64,000 nt of DNA from Leptospira sp. (GCA_034439575.1 JAWXAQ010000035.1:1-64000), one strand, 5' to 3'; counted from the first letter of the stretch, positions 20,181 through 31,060 are shown. Translations and numbers: made by a program. The notes: generated from the letters alone by a model not told the origin.

Positions 20181-22166
20181 ATGCGTTACCTAGCCTTAAT
20201 GGCCATTCTACTGGGAACTTCGGTATCTTGCTCAAAATTGCAATACCAGAAATTTCTCAAAGCGGATAGCTTTTATCCATATAAGCTAAGTTACGTGATA
20301 GATAAAGAACAAATCTATTCATTTAAAGATTTCAATTCAGAATCTAATAAATCCATTCCTTTAAGAGAAATTCCTAAAAACAGTTTATCCTTGGGATTTG
20401 TGAATGAACCTGTTTGGATCAGGTTAGATGCCAAAAATATTTCCAGTTCTACAAAAATTATTTTAGATTTAGGAAATAGTCATCTTGATGAAGTTAATGT
20501 ATATGAAAAAGGTAATCCAAACCCTATAAAAATAGGCGGCGATTTTTTAGCTCATTCCCAATGGGATGCCTATTCAAAAAGTGTAGCTTTTCAATTTGAA
20601 TGGCCTTTGAATGAGGATAAAACTTTCTATCTTGAGACTAAAACTTCATCGAATATTAGTTATACGATACGATTCTATACTGCTGAAACTTTTTACTTAA
20701 AAGAAAATATAGAAAACATGATATTGGGATTTTTTTACGGAACTATTTTTATAATGGTTCTTTATAATCTATTCATTTATTTTATTTTAAAAGATTCTGC
20801 GTATATTTTATATTCGTTTTCTATTTTTTTTAATTTAGCATTGCAAGTGTATTTGAATGGCATTCTGAATCAAATACTAACATTGAATCATCCCGATTTG
20901 CACAATCGTATCGGCAGTGTGATATTATGTTTTTCTGCATGTTTTGGTTGGCTTTTTGCCCAACAAACATTGAATTTACGAGAAAGAAATAGATATGCCA
21001 ATCGTACAATTTATGTGTTAATCGGTATGACAGTTTGTTATCTTTTATTTTTCATTTATAACCTACCATTAAATTTAGTTGTAAGAACTAGTAATTTTAT
21101 AGCCCAAGTTTTTGTAATATCTGTATTTATAGTTGCTTTATTAAATTATGGAACAGGAAACAAACAGGCAAAATTGTTTTTATTGGGCTGGTCTACCTTA
21201 CTTCTAGGCATTCTGTTATTTACACTTATGCAAAATGGATTTCTTCCAGCGAATTTGGTGACTATTTATTCCAATCAAATCGGATCAACATTGGAAGCTG
21301 GTATTTTATCGCTGGCGCTTGCAAACAAAATCAATCAGTTGAAGGAAGAAAAAGCTAAGGCACAAAGTGAAGCCTTACTCTTGTTAGAAGAAAAGGTTCG
21401 AGAACGAACCAAAAATTTAGATGAATCATTATTTAACATCCGCAAGGATTTAAGTGTAGCGAAAAAAATCCAACAAACCTTTTTTTCTGAAATTAGAACA
21501 AGCGACCCCCGCATTAAGTTTGATTCCTTTTATCAATCTATGAGCGAAGTGGGCGGTGACTTTTATGATATGACGCAAGTTAATCCAGATCATTATAGAA
21601 TTTTTGTGGCAGATGCGACAGGACATGGAATACAAGCGGCATTGATCACTATGGCGATTAAGGCTGAGTATGAATCCTTAAAAGTAATGTACGATCACCC
21701 GAATGATCTGATATTTCATTTAAACCAAATATTTATCAATAAATATAACAACGTACAGACGATATTTTCCTGTGCAGTTTGTGATATAGATCTTAGTAAA
21801 GGTAAACTGATGTTTGCCTCGGCTGGACATCCTGACCAATTGCACATCCGCGTCGGTGAAAAAAAGTTATTACCTCGAACAGGAAAAATTGTTGGTATGA
21901 TTGATCATGCTGAGTATCGATCTTTGGAATATTATGTGGAAGAAGGAGATCGGATATATTTATTTACGGATGGAGTTTTTGAACAATTCAATTCAGAAAG
22001 GGAAATTTTTGGAGAACAAAAAGTTTACGAAATTCTTTCTGATTGCGATAAACTCTCGTTACATCAAAGCATTCAAGTCCTTTTAAATAAATTGAGTGTA
22101 TTTACAAAATTAAATACACATCAAGATGATATTACTATTGTTGGATGTGAAATCGGAAGATTTTAA
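20181..22166 (+). CDS. 7TM-DISM sensor with SpoIIE/PP2C phosphatase
   Basis: 7TM region; VGGDFYD, DATGHG, SAGHP, FTDG, DDITI. Confidence 0.9.
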   Translation: MRYLALMAILLGTSVSCSKLQYQKFLKADSFYPYKLSYVIDKEQIYSFKDFNSESNKSIPLREIPKNSLSLGFVNEPVWIRLDAKNISSSTKIILDLGNSHLDEVNVYEKGNPNPIKIGGDFLAHSQWDAYSKSVAFQFEWPLNEDKTFYLETKTSSNISYTIRFYTAETFYLKENIENMILGFFYGTIFIMVLYNLFIYFILKDSAYILYSFSIFFNLALQVYLNGILNQILTLNHPDLHNRIGSVILCFSACFGWLFAQQTLNLRERNRYANRTIYVLIGMTVCYLLFFIYNLPLNLVVRTSNFIAQVFVISVFIVALLNYGTGNKQAKLFLLGWSTLLLGILLFTLMQNGFLPANLVTIYSNQIGSTLEAGILSLALANKINQLKEEKAKAQSEALLLLEEKVRERTKNLDESLFNIRKDLSVAKKIQQTFFSEIRTSDPRIKFDSFYQSMSEVGGDFYDMTQVNPDHYRIFVADATGHGIQAALITMAIKAEYESLKVMYDHPNDLIFHLNQIFINKYNNVQTIFSCAVCDIDLSKGKLMFASAGHPDQLHIRVGEKKLLPRTGKIVGMIDHAEYRSLEYYVEEGDRIYLFTDGVFEQFNSEREIFGEQKVYEILSDCDKLSLHQSIQVLLNKLSVFTKLNTHQDDITIVGCEIGRF

Positions 22167-22167
22167 T

Positions 22168-22500
22168 TTATTTGGAACCGAAGGTAGTCAAAATCAAATT
22201 GTCTGTTTCTTGCCATAAATCATCACCTTCTTCTGGTAAAAAAACTTCCTGACCTAGATCATCGACCGGACTTTGTAATTCTGTCACTTGGTGTTCAATC
22301 GTGATCATATTTGAAGATGCTAAATACATAATGACAATAGCAGCCGCCGCAACGATCCAAAATTTTGAGATTTGATTTGCTGGTTTTTGTAAACCACTCG
22401 CTTTCCTTAATACATTTTCAGTCGTGCGAAATGTTAAATTTTGATCTTGTGATAAATTTTGTATCGTCTGGTCGAGTTTCTCTTTAAAATCAGAATTCAT
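22168..22500 (-). CDS. Probable anti-sigma factor (single TM)
   Basis: Overlaps the ECF sigma stop; one hydrophobic helix. Confidence 0.55.
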   Translation of the reverse strand: MNSDFKEKLDQTIQNLSQDQNLTFRTTENVLRKASGLQKPANQISKFWIVAAAAIVIMYLASSNMITIEHQVTELQSPVDDLGQEVFLPEEGDDLWQETDNLILTTFGSK

Positions 22501-23033
22501 AAATCTAGTTCCTGTTCTTTCTTATTTTTATTTATTAATTTTGCAAGCATTTCTCTACCCCTTGATAGTCTAGATTTTACTGTCCCTGTAGAGACTCCCA
22601 GTTTTTCTGCAATGGTCTGAACTTTATGTCCTGCTAATCGAAAAATTGTTGTTTGGCGAAAGGGTTCGGGTAAATCATTTACCTGTTCACGAATCCATAG
22701 TTCTTGCTTTTCTTGATTGATATGGTGATCTTCTCCTATTTGAATATTTGATTCAAATTCTGTAAAATCTCCCGTGAATGGCAAACCACCCGATTTTTTA
22801 TGTTCCCGCCATGTCCGCCTGCATTCATTCCGAGTCACAACGTATAACCATTTAGAAAGTGATTCACCATCTAACGGTGGCTTGTCTTTGAAATGTAAAT
22901 AATATCTAAGATATGTTTCCTGAAATACATCTTCAGCAAAGGAATATAAATCCGCAGGTAAATTTTTATGAATGGAGCGCAGTACAGCTTGTTTACTTAC
23001 TTCAATTGACTGTGCTAACTCTTGTTCGGTCAT
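22497..23033 (-). CDS. ECF RNA polymerase sigma factor
   Basis: AEDVFQETY, WLYVVTRN, IAEKLGVSTGTVKSRLSRGR. Confidence 0.9.
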   Translation of the reverse strand: MTEQELAQSIEVSKQAVLRSIHKNLPADLYSFAEDVFQETYLRYYLHFKDKPPLDGESLSKWLYVVTRNECRRTWREHKKSGGLPFTGDFTEFESNIQIGEDHHINQEKQELWIREQVNDLPEPFRQTTIFRLAGHKVQTIAEKLGVSTGTVKSRLSRGREMLAKLINKNKKEQELDL

Positions 23034-23557
23034 TTTCCGGGCTCATTGCAGCCATTCGGATGTCTTTCTGGGAATTGTCCTTTTTTTGATTTCATTGCTT
23101 CAAATCTTTGTTTGTTGATATTCTTGAACTTATTTTTTTGTTCTGAATTTAGCTGACCTTCAAATTCAACACGACCTTGGATTTGTATCATTCTGAGATC
23201 AAGCTGGTTATTACTAATTTCTTGTAACTTAGCACGAACTGAATTTAAGTCAACCTTCTCCGACTCCAGAAGGGAGCGCAAATCATCATGTAAATTTGGC
23301 ATCTTATCAAATTTTTCTTTTAAAAGTTTTTCTCGTTTATGAATCAGATTTTTAGTTTTGTCTTGTTGTTCCTTAGTCAATAGAAGTTCCTTGGCCAACC
23401 TTTCGAATTCTTTTCCTTCTGGATCATGCGTGGGAAAAATAATGTCCATAGGTCCCATCATAGGTCCCGAATAAATGGGAGGCGGATCGGCATGCAGACT
23501 TAAATACGTGCAAACCGTAAGCAGAAACATACCTGTCTTGGCTGGGAATTCTTTCAT
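23030..23557 (-). CDS. Spy/CpxP family periplasmic chaperone
   Basis: Signal peptide; LLLTKEQ and LNSEQ (LTxEQ) motifs; helical. Confidence 0.8.
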   Translation of the reverse strand: MKEFPAKTGMFLLTVCTYLSLHADPPPIYSGPMMGPMDIIFPTHDPEGKEFERLAKELLLTKEQQDKTKNLIHKREKLLKEKFDKMPNLHDDLRSLLESEKVDLNSVRAKLQEISNNQLDLRMIQIQGRVEFEGQLNSEQKNKFKNINKQRFEAMKSKKGQFPERHPNGCNEPGK

Positions 23558-23646
23558 TTCATCTCCTTACACTCTATTAACCTCGCAAAAATTAAAAGGT
23601 TCCCAATTTTTTTACGAAAAATCAATCTGAATCAGGTTATGATTTC

Positions 23647-24222
23647 ATGCTAAGTAAACAAGATTTACCATTTTTCGAATCTCCTTTTATTCATCCACAA
23701 GCCACTTCATTTGGTATGACTGAATATGGTGGAAGTGTCTCCATATGGCCAGGTGCCGTGATCAGAGCGGATATGAATGTGATTCGACTTGGAAATTATG
23801 TAAACATTCAGGACAATTCAACTTTGCATACCGATTCGACTTCATCCATATCTATAGGCGACTGGACCTTAGTTGGTCATAATGTGATGTTACATGGTTG
23901 TAAGATTGGTAAGGCGGTACTCATTGGCATTGGTTCGATTGTTTTAGACAAAGCAGAAATCGGTGATGGATGTCAAATTGCGGCTGGTTGTATGATACGT
24001 GGTGGGAAAAAAATCCCCCCTAGATCACTAGTTGTTCCAAATAATGGAGATATAAAAATTTATCCTGGCAAAGCAAAACCTGAATTAACGATAGCTGGTT
24101 GTATAGAATATGCTCACCTCGCACTACGTTATCAAAAAGGAATCTTTCAGCCTTTCACAAAAGAAGAAGAAGTCCAATTTTTACAATTGGCAAAAGAAAT
24201 CCTAATAGAGAATAAAATTTGA
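23647..24222 (+). CDS. Gamma carbonic anhydrase family protein
   Basis: NIQDNSTLH, VGHNVMLHGC, hexapeptide repeats. Confidence 0.9.
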   Translation: MLSKQDLPFFESPFIHPQATSFGMTEYGGSVSIWPGAVIRADMNVIRLGNYVNIQDNSTLHTDSTSSISIGDWTLVGHNVMLHGCKIGKAVLIGIGSIVLDKAEIGDGCQIAAGCMIRGGKKIPPRSLVVPNNGDIKIYPGKAKPELTIAGCIEYAHLALRYQKGIFQPFTKEEEVQFLQLAKEILIENKI

Positions 24223-24242
24223 TTATTATATATTTGTATATT

Positions 24243-25955
24243 CTAATACGGCTTTGAACATCCAGATTTTTCATTCCAACAATGGATTCGTTTGCCATTC
24301 GGGTATACTATTTGTCTATCAGGCTTAGATTTCCAATTAATAAATTTTAAGTCTTTATATTCTAATTGAGATTCGTCTTCACCGACAATGGCTTTAAAAT
24401 TATTGCCCGTAACAGAATAAGATCCATTCAACCATAGAAAAACATTTTCAATACTTCCATCCTTGTATTCGCCAGAAAAATTTCCTTCAATTTTGCCCAT
24501 ATATGATTTAAGATCATATTCATATGAACCAAGAAAACATGGAATATCATCGTATTTATTTATCAAATCAATAGGTTTTAAAATTGCTTCGTTCACACGA
24601 GAACAAAGTGAATTTGAATCTTTTAAAAAACTAACTTTTGGAAGACCTTCTAATTCCCATTTCCTCATCGAATCTTCAATCTGAGAACGATTGTTTTTAA
24701 AATAGGTATACATTTCTGAATACATCACTTTTATAGACTTTCCAAATTCTTCTTCAAACGTGACCTCAGGATTTATACCTTCACAAGTTTTATCATAAAA
24801 CTTTTTAATTTTTTTATTTCCTTTTTCTATAGAAATAAACTCTAAAAACATTGTACCGATTAGGCGATAATCATCAAATGAGGGGTCATTTCCTTTTTCA
24901 AAAGATGGCTTTGTATTAAAAAAAGTTTTATAAAAGCGTTTGTATGTCTCTTGTCTATAGCGCGGACTATTTCTGATGATTCCCATTTCTGCGATTCCTT
25001 CTAAAAACCAAGGTTCAGAAAGACTTGGTTTAGGACTCTCAGAAATGATTTCACATCGATTCGCTTGAATATAATGTATACTATCATGCAAAAAACTTCT
25101 ATAATCAAAATTTAATTTTAAGACTGCATCTATATTTGAATCACCAGAGCTAAATAAACCTATACCTTTTGATGGGCATAAAGAAAAAACTGTTTTGTTG
25201 GACTCACCAGAACATCCATCTTTTGTATTTGGATCTCGGTTGAGATAGGTCCAAAAATTTTTAGGGCTAGAATGAAGGATCACTTTAATTTTGTTTGATG
25301 AATAACCAAAATTATCATCCATATAACTTAAAAATAGTGGTAGGCCTTTCCATTCTTTTAGTCCTTCAATCATCAAATCCCATTTCGCAGAATAAGTAAT
25401 ATCATAAACACCAATTTGTATACGTTTGTCTCCCCAATAAGTTGGATGGACAATATCAAAATGTAAATTATTAGAAACATTTCCCTTTTTGTCGTAAGTA
25501 TATTGATGGATATTTGTTTTTGGAATTTTATGTTTTGAGATAATAGTTCCATCAGGAAATTGAATTCTTATTAGTGAATTCCAATAAGCGTGACCGTTCG
25601 GCGAACTAACGATATGCGAACCAATTTTTAATTGCCATTGTTTATCATTCCAACGAGTAAAAACCCTTCCACTTTTTAAGCCCCATTCATAAGAGTCGCG
25701 GCCTGAAACAGTTACACTGCCACCATCAGGTCCGAAATAGGATCCAGGAACCATAGGAATTCTCAATTGATAATCCTCTGGATTGGGGAGGTTAAGTGCT
25801 TCTAAAGTTTCAAAATCTGTTGGGGCAGTCGAAGGCAATGAATAAGAAATCAAATAATTATTTGAATTTGTATTCTTAAGTTTTAGAGTTTCAGCTAATA
25901 TTTGATTGCCGACCAATACACAGAAGTATAATAGAAAAACTTTATATTTTAACAT
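24243..25955 (-). CDS. Secreted hypothetical protein with a gluzincin/peptidase MA-like region
   Basis: Signal peptide; HDSIH...WFLEGIAE (HExxH variant plus downstream Glu). Confidence 0.55.
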   Translation of the reverse strand: MLKYKVFLLYFCVLVGNQILAETLKLKNTNSNNYLISYSLPSTAPTDFETLEALNLPNPEDYQLRIPMVPGSYFGPDGGSVTVSGRDSYEWGLKSGRVFTRWNDKQWQLKIGSHIVSSPNGHAYWNSLIRIQFPDGTIISKHKIPKTNIHQYTYDKKGNVSNNLHFDIVHPTYWGDKRIQIGVYDITYSAKWDLMIEGLKEWKGLPLFLSYMDDNFGYSSNKIKVILHSSPKNFWTYLNRDPNTKDGCSGESNKTVFSLCPSKGIGLFSSGDSNIDAVLKLNFDYRSFLHDSIHYIQANRCEIISESPKPSLSEPWFLEGIAEMGIIRNSPRYRQETYKRFYKTFFNTKPSFEKGNDPSFDDYRLIGTMFLEFISIEKGNKKIKKFYDKTCEGINPEVTFEEEFGKSIKVMYSEMYTYFKNNRSQIEDSMRKWELEGLPKVSFLKDSNSLCSRVNEAILKPIDLINKYDDIPCFLGSYEYDLKSYMGKIEGNFSGEYKDGSIENVFLWLNGSYSVTGNNFKAIVGEDESQLEYKDLKFINWKSKPDRQIVYPNGKRIHCWNEKSGCSKPY

Positions 25956-26455
25956 TATTTTCTGCCTTCTTTTATTTTTTTAGAAAACTCCCTGGCATTT
26001 TCGATTCTGAGTCTACCTTCTTCATAACGACGTTCTTCAGTTTCACCTTCCAAAATCAATCCGGGAACAGAAACTGGTTTCTTATTTTCATCCAAGGCAA
26101 CAAACGATAAGTAGGCGGTAGTGGCACGTACACTTTCACCAGTGTATGGATTTTCTTTATTCACTTGAACTCCGATCTCCATTGATGTGCGTCCGACATA
26201 ATTTACCATAGCAAGTAAATGAACATGATCACCAATTTGAATCGGAGATATAAAATTGATACGATCAATGCTAACCGTTACAGCCTCGTGTCCCGAATGC
26301 CTCTGCGCCGCCATTGCAGCGATTAAATCTATCCATGACATAATGGCACCACCAAAAGCTGTGCCATAATGATTTGCATGATCTGGAAGTACGATGTGTC
26401 TTGTTTCAACAGCTGACGCTCGTGGAGATTTTGGTTTTAATTTTTCTTCAGCCAT
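25955..26455 (-). CDS. Acyl-CoA thioesterase (hotdog fold)
   Basis: PDHANHYGTAFGG, VGRTSMEIGV, FVALDE. Confidence 0.9.
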   Translation of the reverse strand: MAEEKLKPKSPRASAVETRHIVLPDHANHYGTAFGGAIMSWIDLIAAMAAQRHSGHEAVTVSIDRINFISPIQIGDHVHLLAMVNYVGRTSMEIGVQVNKENPYTGESVRATTAYLSFVALDENKKPVSVPGLILEGETEERRYEEGRLRIENAREFSKKIKEGRK

Positions 26456-26630
26456 ATTTTAAGTTCCCATTAATGAAATAGAATCTCTGCTACAAGGTCA
26501 TATTATTTATCATAGAGATTTGTTTCTCGTCCAATTTAAAATTTTTCAAATTGGGATAAATATTAATCTTCTCTAATAGGCAGAAAGTGAATTGACGTAT
26601 AAAAATTTTTGCCTTAAACTTTTTTACTCT

Positions 26631-27173
26631 ATGAGCACACTTAAAAAAATACTAATAGGAATCGGGATCATCATCGCTATTCCTTTCGTCGTTGCCCTTT
26701 TTTTACCAAAGAGTTATCTAGTAGAACGCAGTGTAAGCATCGCAAAACCTGCTAGTGAGACTTATAATTATGTAAAATTCCTCAAAAACCAGGACAATTA
26801 CAGCGTTTGGGCAATGAAAGATCTTGAAATGAAAAAATCCTACAGTGGTGAAGATGGAAAAGTTGGCTTTGTATCCAGGTGGGAAAGTAAAAATGAAGAA
26901 CTCGGAGTCGGTGAACAAGAAATAAAAATGCTCGATGATACAAAAATGAGAATCGAGACCGAGCTAAGATTTTTCGAACCCTTTGAATCAACTGAACAAA
27001 GTTATATGACAGTGACTGCCATAGATAACAAGAGTTCAAAGGTATTATGGGGTTTTAATGGGAATTTAGCATATCCGATGAATCTGATGTGTTTGTTTAT
27101 GGATTTTGAGCAATTGATAGGAAAAGATTTTGAAGAAGGATTAGCAAATTTAAAACTCGTCCTTGAAAAATAG
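26631..27173 (+). CDS. SRPBCC/polyketide cyclase family protein
   Basis: N-terminal anchor, VERSVSI, GVGEQEI, GKDFEEGLANLK. Confidence 0.85.
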   Translation: MSTLKKILIGIGIIIAIPFVVALFLPKSYLVERSVSIAKPASETYNYVKFLKNQDNYSVWAMKDLEMKKSYSGEDGKVGFVSRWESKNEELGVGEQEIKMLDDTKMRIETELRFFEPFESTEQSYMTVTAIDNKSSKVLWGFNGNLAYPMNLMCLFMDFEQLIGKDFEEGLANLKLVLEK

Positions 27174-27722
27174 TTTTTTTTCCATAAGTGCCTTTTCTAA
27201 TTTAGGGATGGCACTTTTCCCCACTCCATGAAGTTTAAGTATCTCTTTTTTTGAATGTTTAGATAGTTTTTTTAATGTCGTAATGCCCGCCGATTTTAAT
27301 GCCCTTTCGGCTGGAGCACCTAATTTTTGTAAGAAGTTTGATTCATCCTTTAACAGTGTCCCTTTAAATTTCAATTCAACTTCTTTCACTCGGAATTTGA
27401 CAATTTTTGTGATGAGTGCCTTTGGTAATTTTTCACCTAACGGAAACTGTATGGCACCTTTCGAATTTTTGAAATCCATAATTTCCTTAGTAAATTTCTT
27501 TATCCCAGATGGTGTTGGATAAAAACCAATATGTGATTTGTATCCTGCGAAATGTACGAGAAATTCTCCTTTTTTATAAGTAGGCATTTTATAAGAGATA
27601 CATTCTTCTGCATCAGGTGCCGTTTTCAAAATTACTAGTCTGATCTCTTCCAACTGAATCTGAACTTCAGATGGAAAGGATTTTATATAATCATCAACTG
27701 TTGTTATCATACCAATTTCCAC
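27150..27722 (-). CDS. DUF1801 (YdhG-like) protein with C-terminal HhH/RNAP alpha-CTD-like domain
   Basis: TVDDYI, ISYKMPTY, HIGFYP; APAERALKSAGI...LHGVGK. Confidence 0.8.
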   Translation of the reverse strand: MEIGMITTVDDYIKSFPSEVQIQLEEIRLVILKTAPDAEECISYKMPTYKKGEFLVHFAGYKSHIGFYPTPSGIKKFTKEIMDFKNSKGAIQFPLGEKLPKALITKIVKFRVKEVELKFKGTLLKDESNFLQKLGAPAERALKSAGITTLKKLSKHSKKEILKLHGVGKSAIPKLEKALMEKKLFFKDEF

Positions 27723-27783
27723 ACAATAATTCTTTATTTCAGTTTCAAATTTGAAGATATAAGAAAATTTTCCAGAATTTAAT

Positions 27784-29007
27784 TTATTTTAGATTCTGAA
27801 TTTTTATTTTCACTCCTTTTTTTTGCAATCGATCAGCTAACACCATACCAAAACAAGTAGAAGGTGTCAAAAAACCAGTTCTCTTTTCTCCGCCAGGTAA
27901 TAATTTTCGATCAAGGACTAAGGCCAATGCGGATTCACAAACAAATTTGACAGTCGCACGATTTCCAGGATCGCCTTGATCCGAAAATTCTAAATGCAAT
28001 AAGGAACCCTTATCTGTTTTTGCAAATGCATCCAATTTGAAAAATCCTTCATTCATTTCCGATTCCGAAGGTCCTTCGCTGGCACTAGGGCCCATTTGTT
28101 TGATTAAAGAACGAACCATTGAAGATTGACCAATAAAGTTAAATGCCAATAATGAATTTGTCGTAAGTAATGCTGGTAATGGATTCCACCAATCACCTAA
28201 ATTATGATGTTCGGTGTAGGAAAAATTCTTTCCATAAGAATCTCCATATAATTCTCGCAAGACGGCACTTCGGTTCACTACTTTTGTATTGATGGTTCCC
28301 ATAAGAAATGGACCAATCCATCGCTTTAATCCTGTATGGAATGAAGTTTCATAATGATCTTTAGGAAATTTTAAACTCCCTTGATAATTTGGAACTAACA
28401 ATGTAGGTTGATTCATCTTCTCCCAATCACCGGACTCAAACATATGTAACATGGAAAGTAGAGTGCCACCATTAAACCCACCTTTGATAGTAAAGATGCC
28501 CTCAACGGAACTGATGCTTTCGTTTAACTTATTTTTAGCAAAATCTGCTAACAAAAAATTTCCCATATCTGAAGGAACTGAATCAAAGCAAGAAAACGGA
28601 ATGATTTTAGCACCGGATTTAATAGCAATGGCTTCATACTTCTCAATCATTCGAGAAATAAAAGCGGTTTCACCAGTGATATCAACATAATCTGTACCAT
28701 GTTTGGCGCACGATGAGATCAGGTTTTCTCCATAAAGAGAATAAGGTCCAGCAGTAGTTAACAATACCTTAGTGGAGTTGACTATAAAATCAATCGCCTT
28801 AGGGACACTGACATCACCAACGAGAATATCGATGTCCGATGGATCAAATCCTTCCTGTCTTAATACATCTTCAAGTTTTTCACGACTCCTTCCTGCTATT
28901 GCCCATTTAATATTTTTGGGTGCATGTTTTGCCATATAAGCAACTGTTTGTCGGCCAGTAAAACCAGAGGCGCCATAAAGAATGATATCGTATTTTTTAA
29001 AAAACAT
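27784..29007 (-). CDS. Saccharopine dehydrogenase-like / trans-acting enoyl reductase
   Basis: YGASGFTG, AIAGRS, AGPYSLYG, YVDITGE, FDSVPSD. Confidence 0.88.
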   Translation of the reverse strand: MFFKKYDIILYGASGFTGRQTVAYMAKHAPKNIKWAIAGRSREKLEDVLRQEGFDPSDIDILVGDVSVPKAIDFIVNSTKVLLTTAGPYSLYGENLISSCAKHGTDYVDITGETAFISRMIEKYEAIAIKSGAKIIPFSCFDSVPSDMGNFLLADFAKNKLNESISSVEGIFTIKGGFNGGTLLSMLHMFESGDWEKMNQPTLLVPNYQGSLKFPKDHYETSFHTGLKRWIGPFLMGTINTKVVNRSAVLRELYGDSYGKNFSYTEHHNLGDWWNPLPALLTTNSLLAFNFIGQSSMVRSLIKQMGPSASEGPSESEMNEGFFKLDAFAKTDKGSLLHLEFSDQGDPGNRATVKFVCESALALVLDRKLLPGGEKRTGFLTPSTCFGMVLADRLQKKGVKIKIQNLK

Positions 29008-29061
29008 GTCTTGAATAAAAACTTGTAATATTGCTCTGAGAATGCCAAACATTAATTCAGT

Positions 29062-29754
29062 ATGAAAAATAAAAAACAATACCCAAACAGCTGGAATGAT
29101 TTAGCCACAGCGCCTGATTTTTTATTATATTCGATGCCTTTCAATCTACTTGTTTTAAACGATGATTCAGGTAAAAAAGTGTGCCATGGTACACTGCTTA
29201 TTTCCTCTTTTCCTGATGAAAATAGATTAAAAATACAGCATTTAGGTTCTATTTCTCTGCACTCGCAAGATTTTGGTTCGATAGAAAGTTTCCTCCAATC
29301 AAATCCACTTTTATCCACAATGGAAAAATCTTTCCAACATTCGGTAGAATCTGATACCATAACATTTACCTTTACGAATATTGATTCCCTTGGTAAGTCT
29401 CTTCTCCACCTAACAAAACCAGGCCCTGAAATTGGTAGATACCAACTTAAAGAAATTTTCAAACTTAAATTATTTCCAAATCAAGATCAATACCCAAGCA
29501 GTAATCATTCATTCACCATTTACTTGGAATTTTCACCACATGGACAAAGGATTCAAATTCCATTTGATCTTCATATCTACAATACGTACGGCAATACAGA
29601 ACCTTTGATTGCCAATTTAGATTTGCACTTAGAAAAATATTTAAAAGAGAATGAAATCGGATTCAATATCAATCATCGTTGCGAATTCTCAATTCATACT
29701 CTATCGGAATTTTTAGATCTAAGTGATAATTTGCGGGTGAATAAAATATCATGA
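29062..29754 (+). CDS. Hypothetical protein
   Basis: 230-aa ORF, ATGA-coupled to the next gene. Confidence 0.55.
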   Translation: MKNKKQYPNSWNDLATAPDFLLYSMPFNLLVLNDDSGKKVCHGTLLISSFPDENRLKIQHLGSISLHSQDFGSIESFLQSNPLLSTMEKSFQHSVESDTITFTFTNIDSLGKSLLHLTKPGPEIGRYQLKEIFKLKLFPNQDQYPSSNHSFTIYLEFSPHGQRIQIPFDLHIYNTYGNTEPLIANLDLHLEKYLKENEIGFNINHRCEFSIHTLSEFLDLSDNLRVNKIS

Positions 29755-30326
29755 CAGCCCTGGAACAAACATTTGATTTTTCTTCCGAAGATCTAAGAAA
29801 AAATAAATTAGGATTTGTTTCTGAATCTCAAAACAAAAAAATCACCAAACTGGAAAAGATCAAAATAACTCTGGGCATCATCTTATCTCTCATTTTCATC
29901 ATTCTAACATTTGTTTGTTTGCGATGGTATTATTTGGGAATGATTGACCCATACTCTTCAATGATCCCAAAGACAAAACGAGGTGAATCTATTCCCATCT
30001 TATTTTTTTTAATTCTTGGTATCGCTGGATTGGGAATGAGTCTATTTTTTGGCATCACCTCTCTAATCACTTCAAAAAAAATTAAATCTTTATCTGATAA
30101 AGATTCTGTCAAAAAAATAGATGCGTATATAGGAATGATAGAATATGGATCGCGTGAGAAAGGCTTTGCCTATTTAATCGTGAACCAGATCACTCTCAAT
30201 AATATTAACTCATTTAGAAAAGAAATTTTTCAACCGAACACTATGTACAGATTTTATTATTCTGAAATTTCAAAATCACTCTTATCAATAGAAATTCTTT
30301 CAGAGGAAACCTTGCAAAGATTTTAA
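29751..30326 (+). CDS. Hypothetical two-TM membrane protein
   Basis: Two hydrophobic helices; DLRKNKLGFVSESQ-type N-terminus. Confidence 0.6.
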   Translation: MTALEQTFDFSSEDLRKNKLGFVSESQNKKITKLEKIKITLGIILSLIFIILTFVCLRWYYLGMIDPYSSMIPKTKRGESIPILFFLILGIAGLGMSLFFGITSLITSKKIKSLSDKDSVKKIDAYIGMIEYGSREKGFAYLIVNQITLNNINSFRKEIFQPNTMYRFYYSEISKSLLSIEILSEETLQRF

Positions 30327-30542
30327 CCACTTAGATAAGTTCTTAGTCTTTTGATAAGACCGACGCAACAGAATTAGATGGGATTTCTGATATTTCTAAT
30401 AAATGTAATTGATCGAAAAAAAATAACTTAAAGACTATTCATTCCAAGTATTAAACTTAGTTTCCTCGGCTAACAATTTGAAGAGGGTATAACGATCATT
30501 TACAATCAATTCAATACCCTCTGAAATTGAAATGTTATCTCC

Positions 30543-30989
30543 TTATTTTGTTAGGAGTAAATCCAATGAGAATTTCCCACCTCCATTGATTAAAAGAGCG
30601 ACAGCCATCGAAAGAAATAAGACAAAAAATTCAATACCTTCGCCTTTTTGATTACCAAACCAATTCATAAAAAATCCATTTTCCCAATGAACAAGGATCA
30701 TAGCGAATAGTAATATAACTCCTACGTATAATGCAAAAAAACGAGTTCCTATACCAAATACTAAACCAATCCCACCAAAAAATTCACCTAATATGATTAA
30801 CAGCGAAATGAGCCAAGGCAAACCCATGGTCTTTGTAAAAAAGTCCATAGTTCCCGAATATCCGTAACCTCCGAATAAACCGAACAATTTTTGTACTCCA
30901 TGCATCCATATTACACTTCCTAAACTTAGCCTTAATACTAGTGATGCCCAACTATTATCTGTGTTTAAAATTCTCAAAATTGTTTCCAT
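30543..30989 (-). CDS. DoxX family membrane protein
   Basis: LRLSLG, HGVQKLFG, GEGIEF; AGGAGG RBS before the ATG at 30989. Confidence 0.9.
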   Translation of the reverse strand: METILRILNTDNSWASLVLRLSLGSVIWMHGVQKLFGLFGGYGYSGTMDFFTKTMGLPWLISLLIILGEFFGGIGLVFGIGTRFFALYVGVILLFAMILVHWENGFFMNWFGNQKGEGIEFFVLFLSMAVALLINGGGKFSLDLLLTK

Positions 30990-31006
30990 GGGAAACCTCC
31001 TATTTT

Positions 31007-31060
31007 GTTGACATGTCAACTATACAATAACCAATCCCGAAATGTTGTTGACGTGTCAAC
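31007..31060. promoter_or_regulatory. Two palindromic operators (likely MarR boxes) between divergent doxX and marR
   Basis: GTTGACATGTCAAC at 31007-31020 and GTTGACGTGTCAAC at 31047-31060, 40 bp apart. Confidence 0.8.

Noticed and set aside
29052-29462. Antisense ORF, and the many other short shadow ORFs inside long genes
   Set aside because: They overlap better-supported CDSs on the other strand or frame and show no motifs
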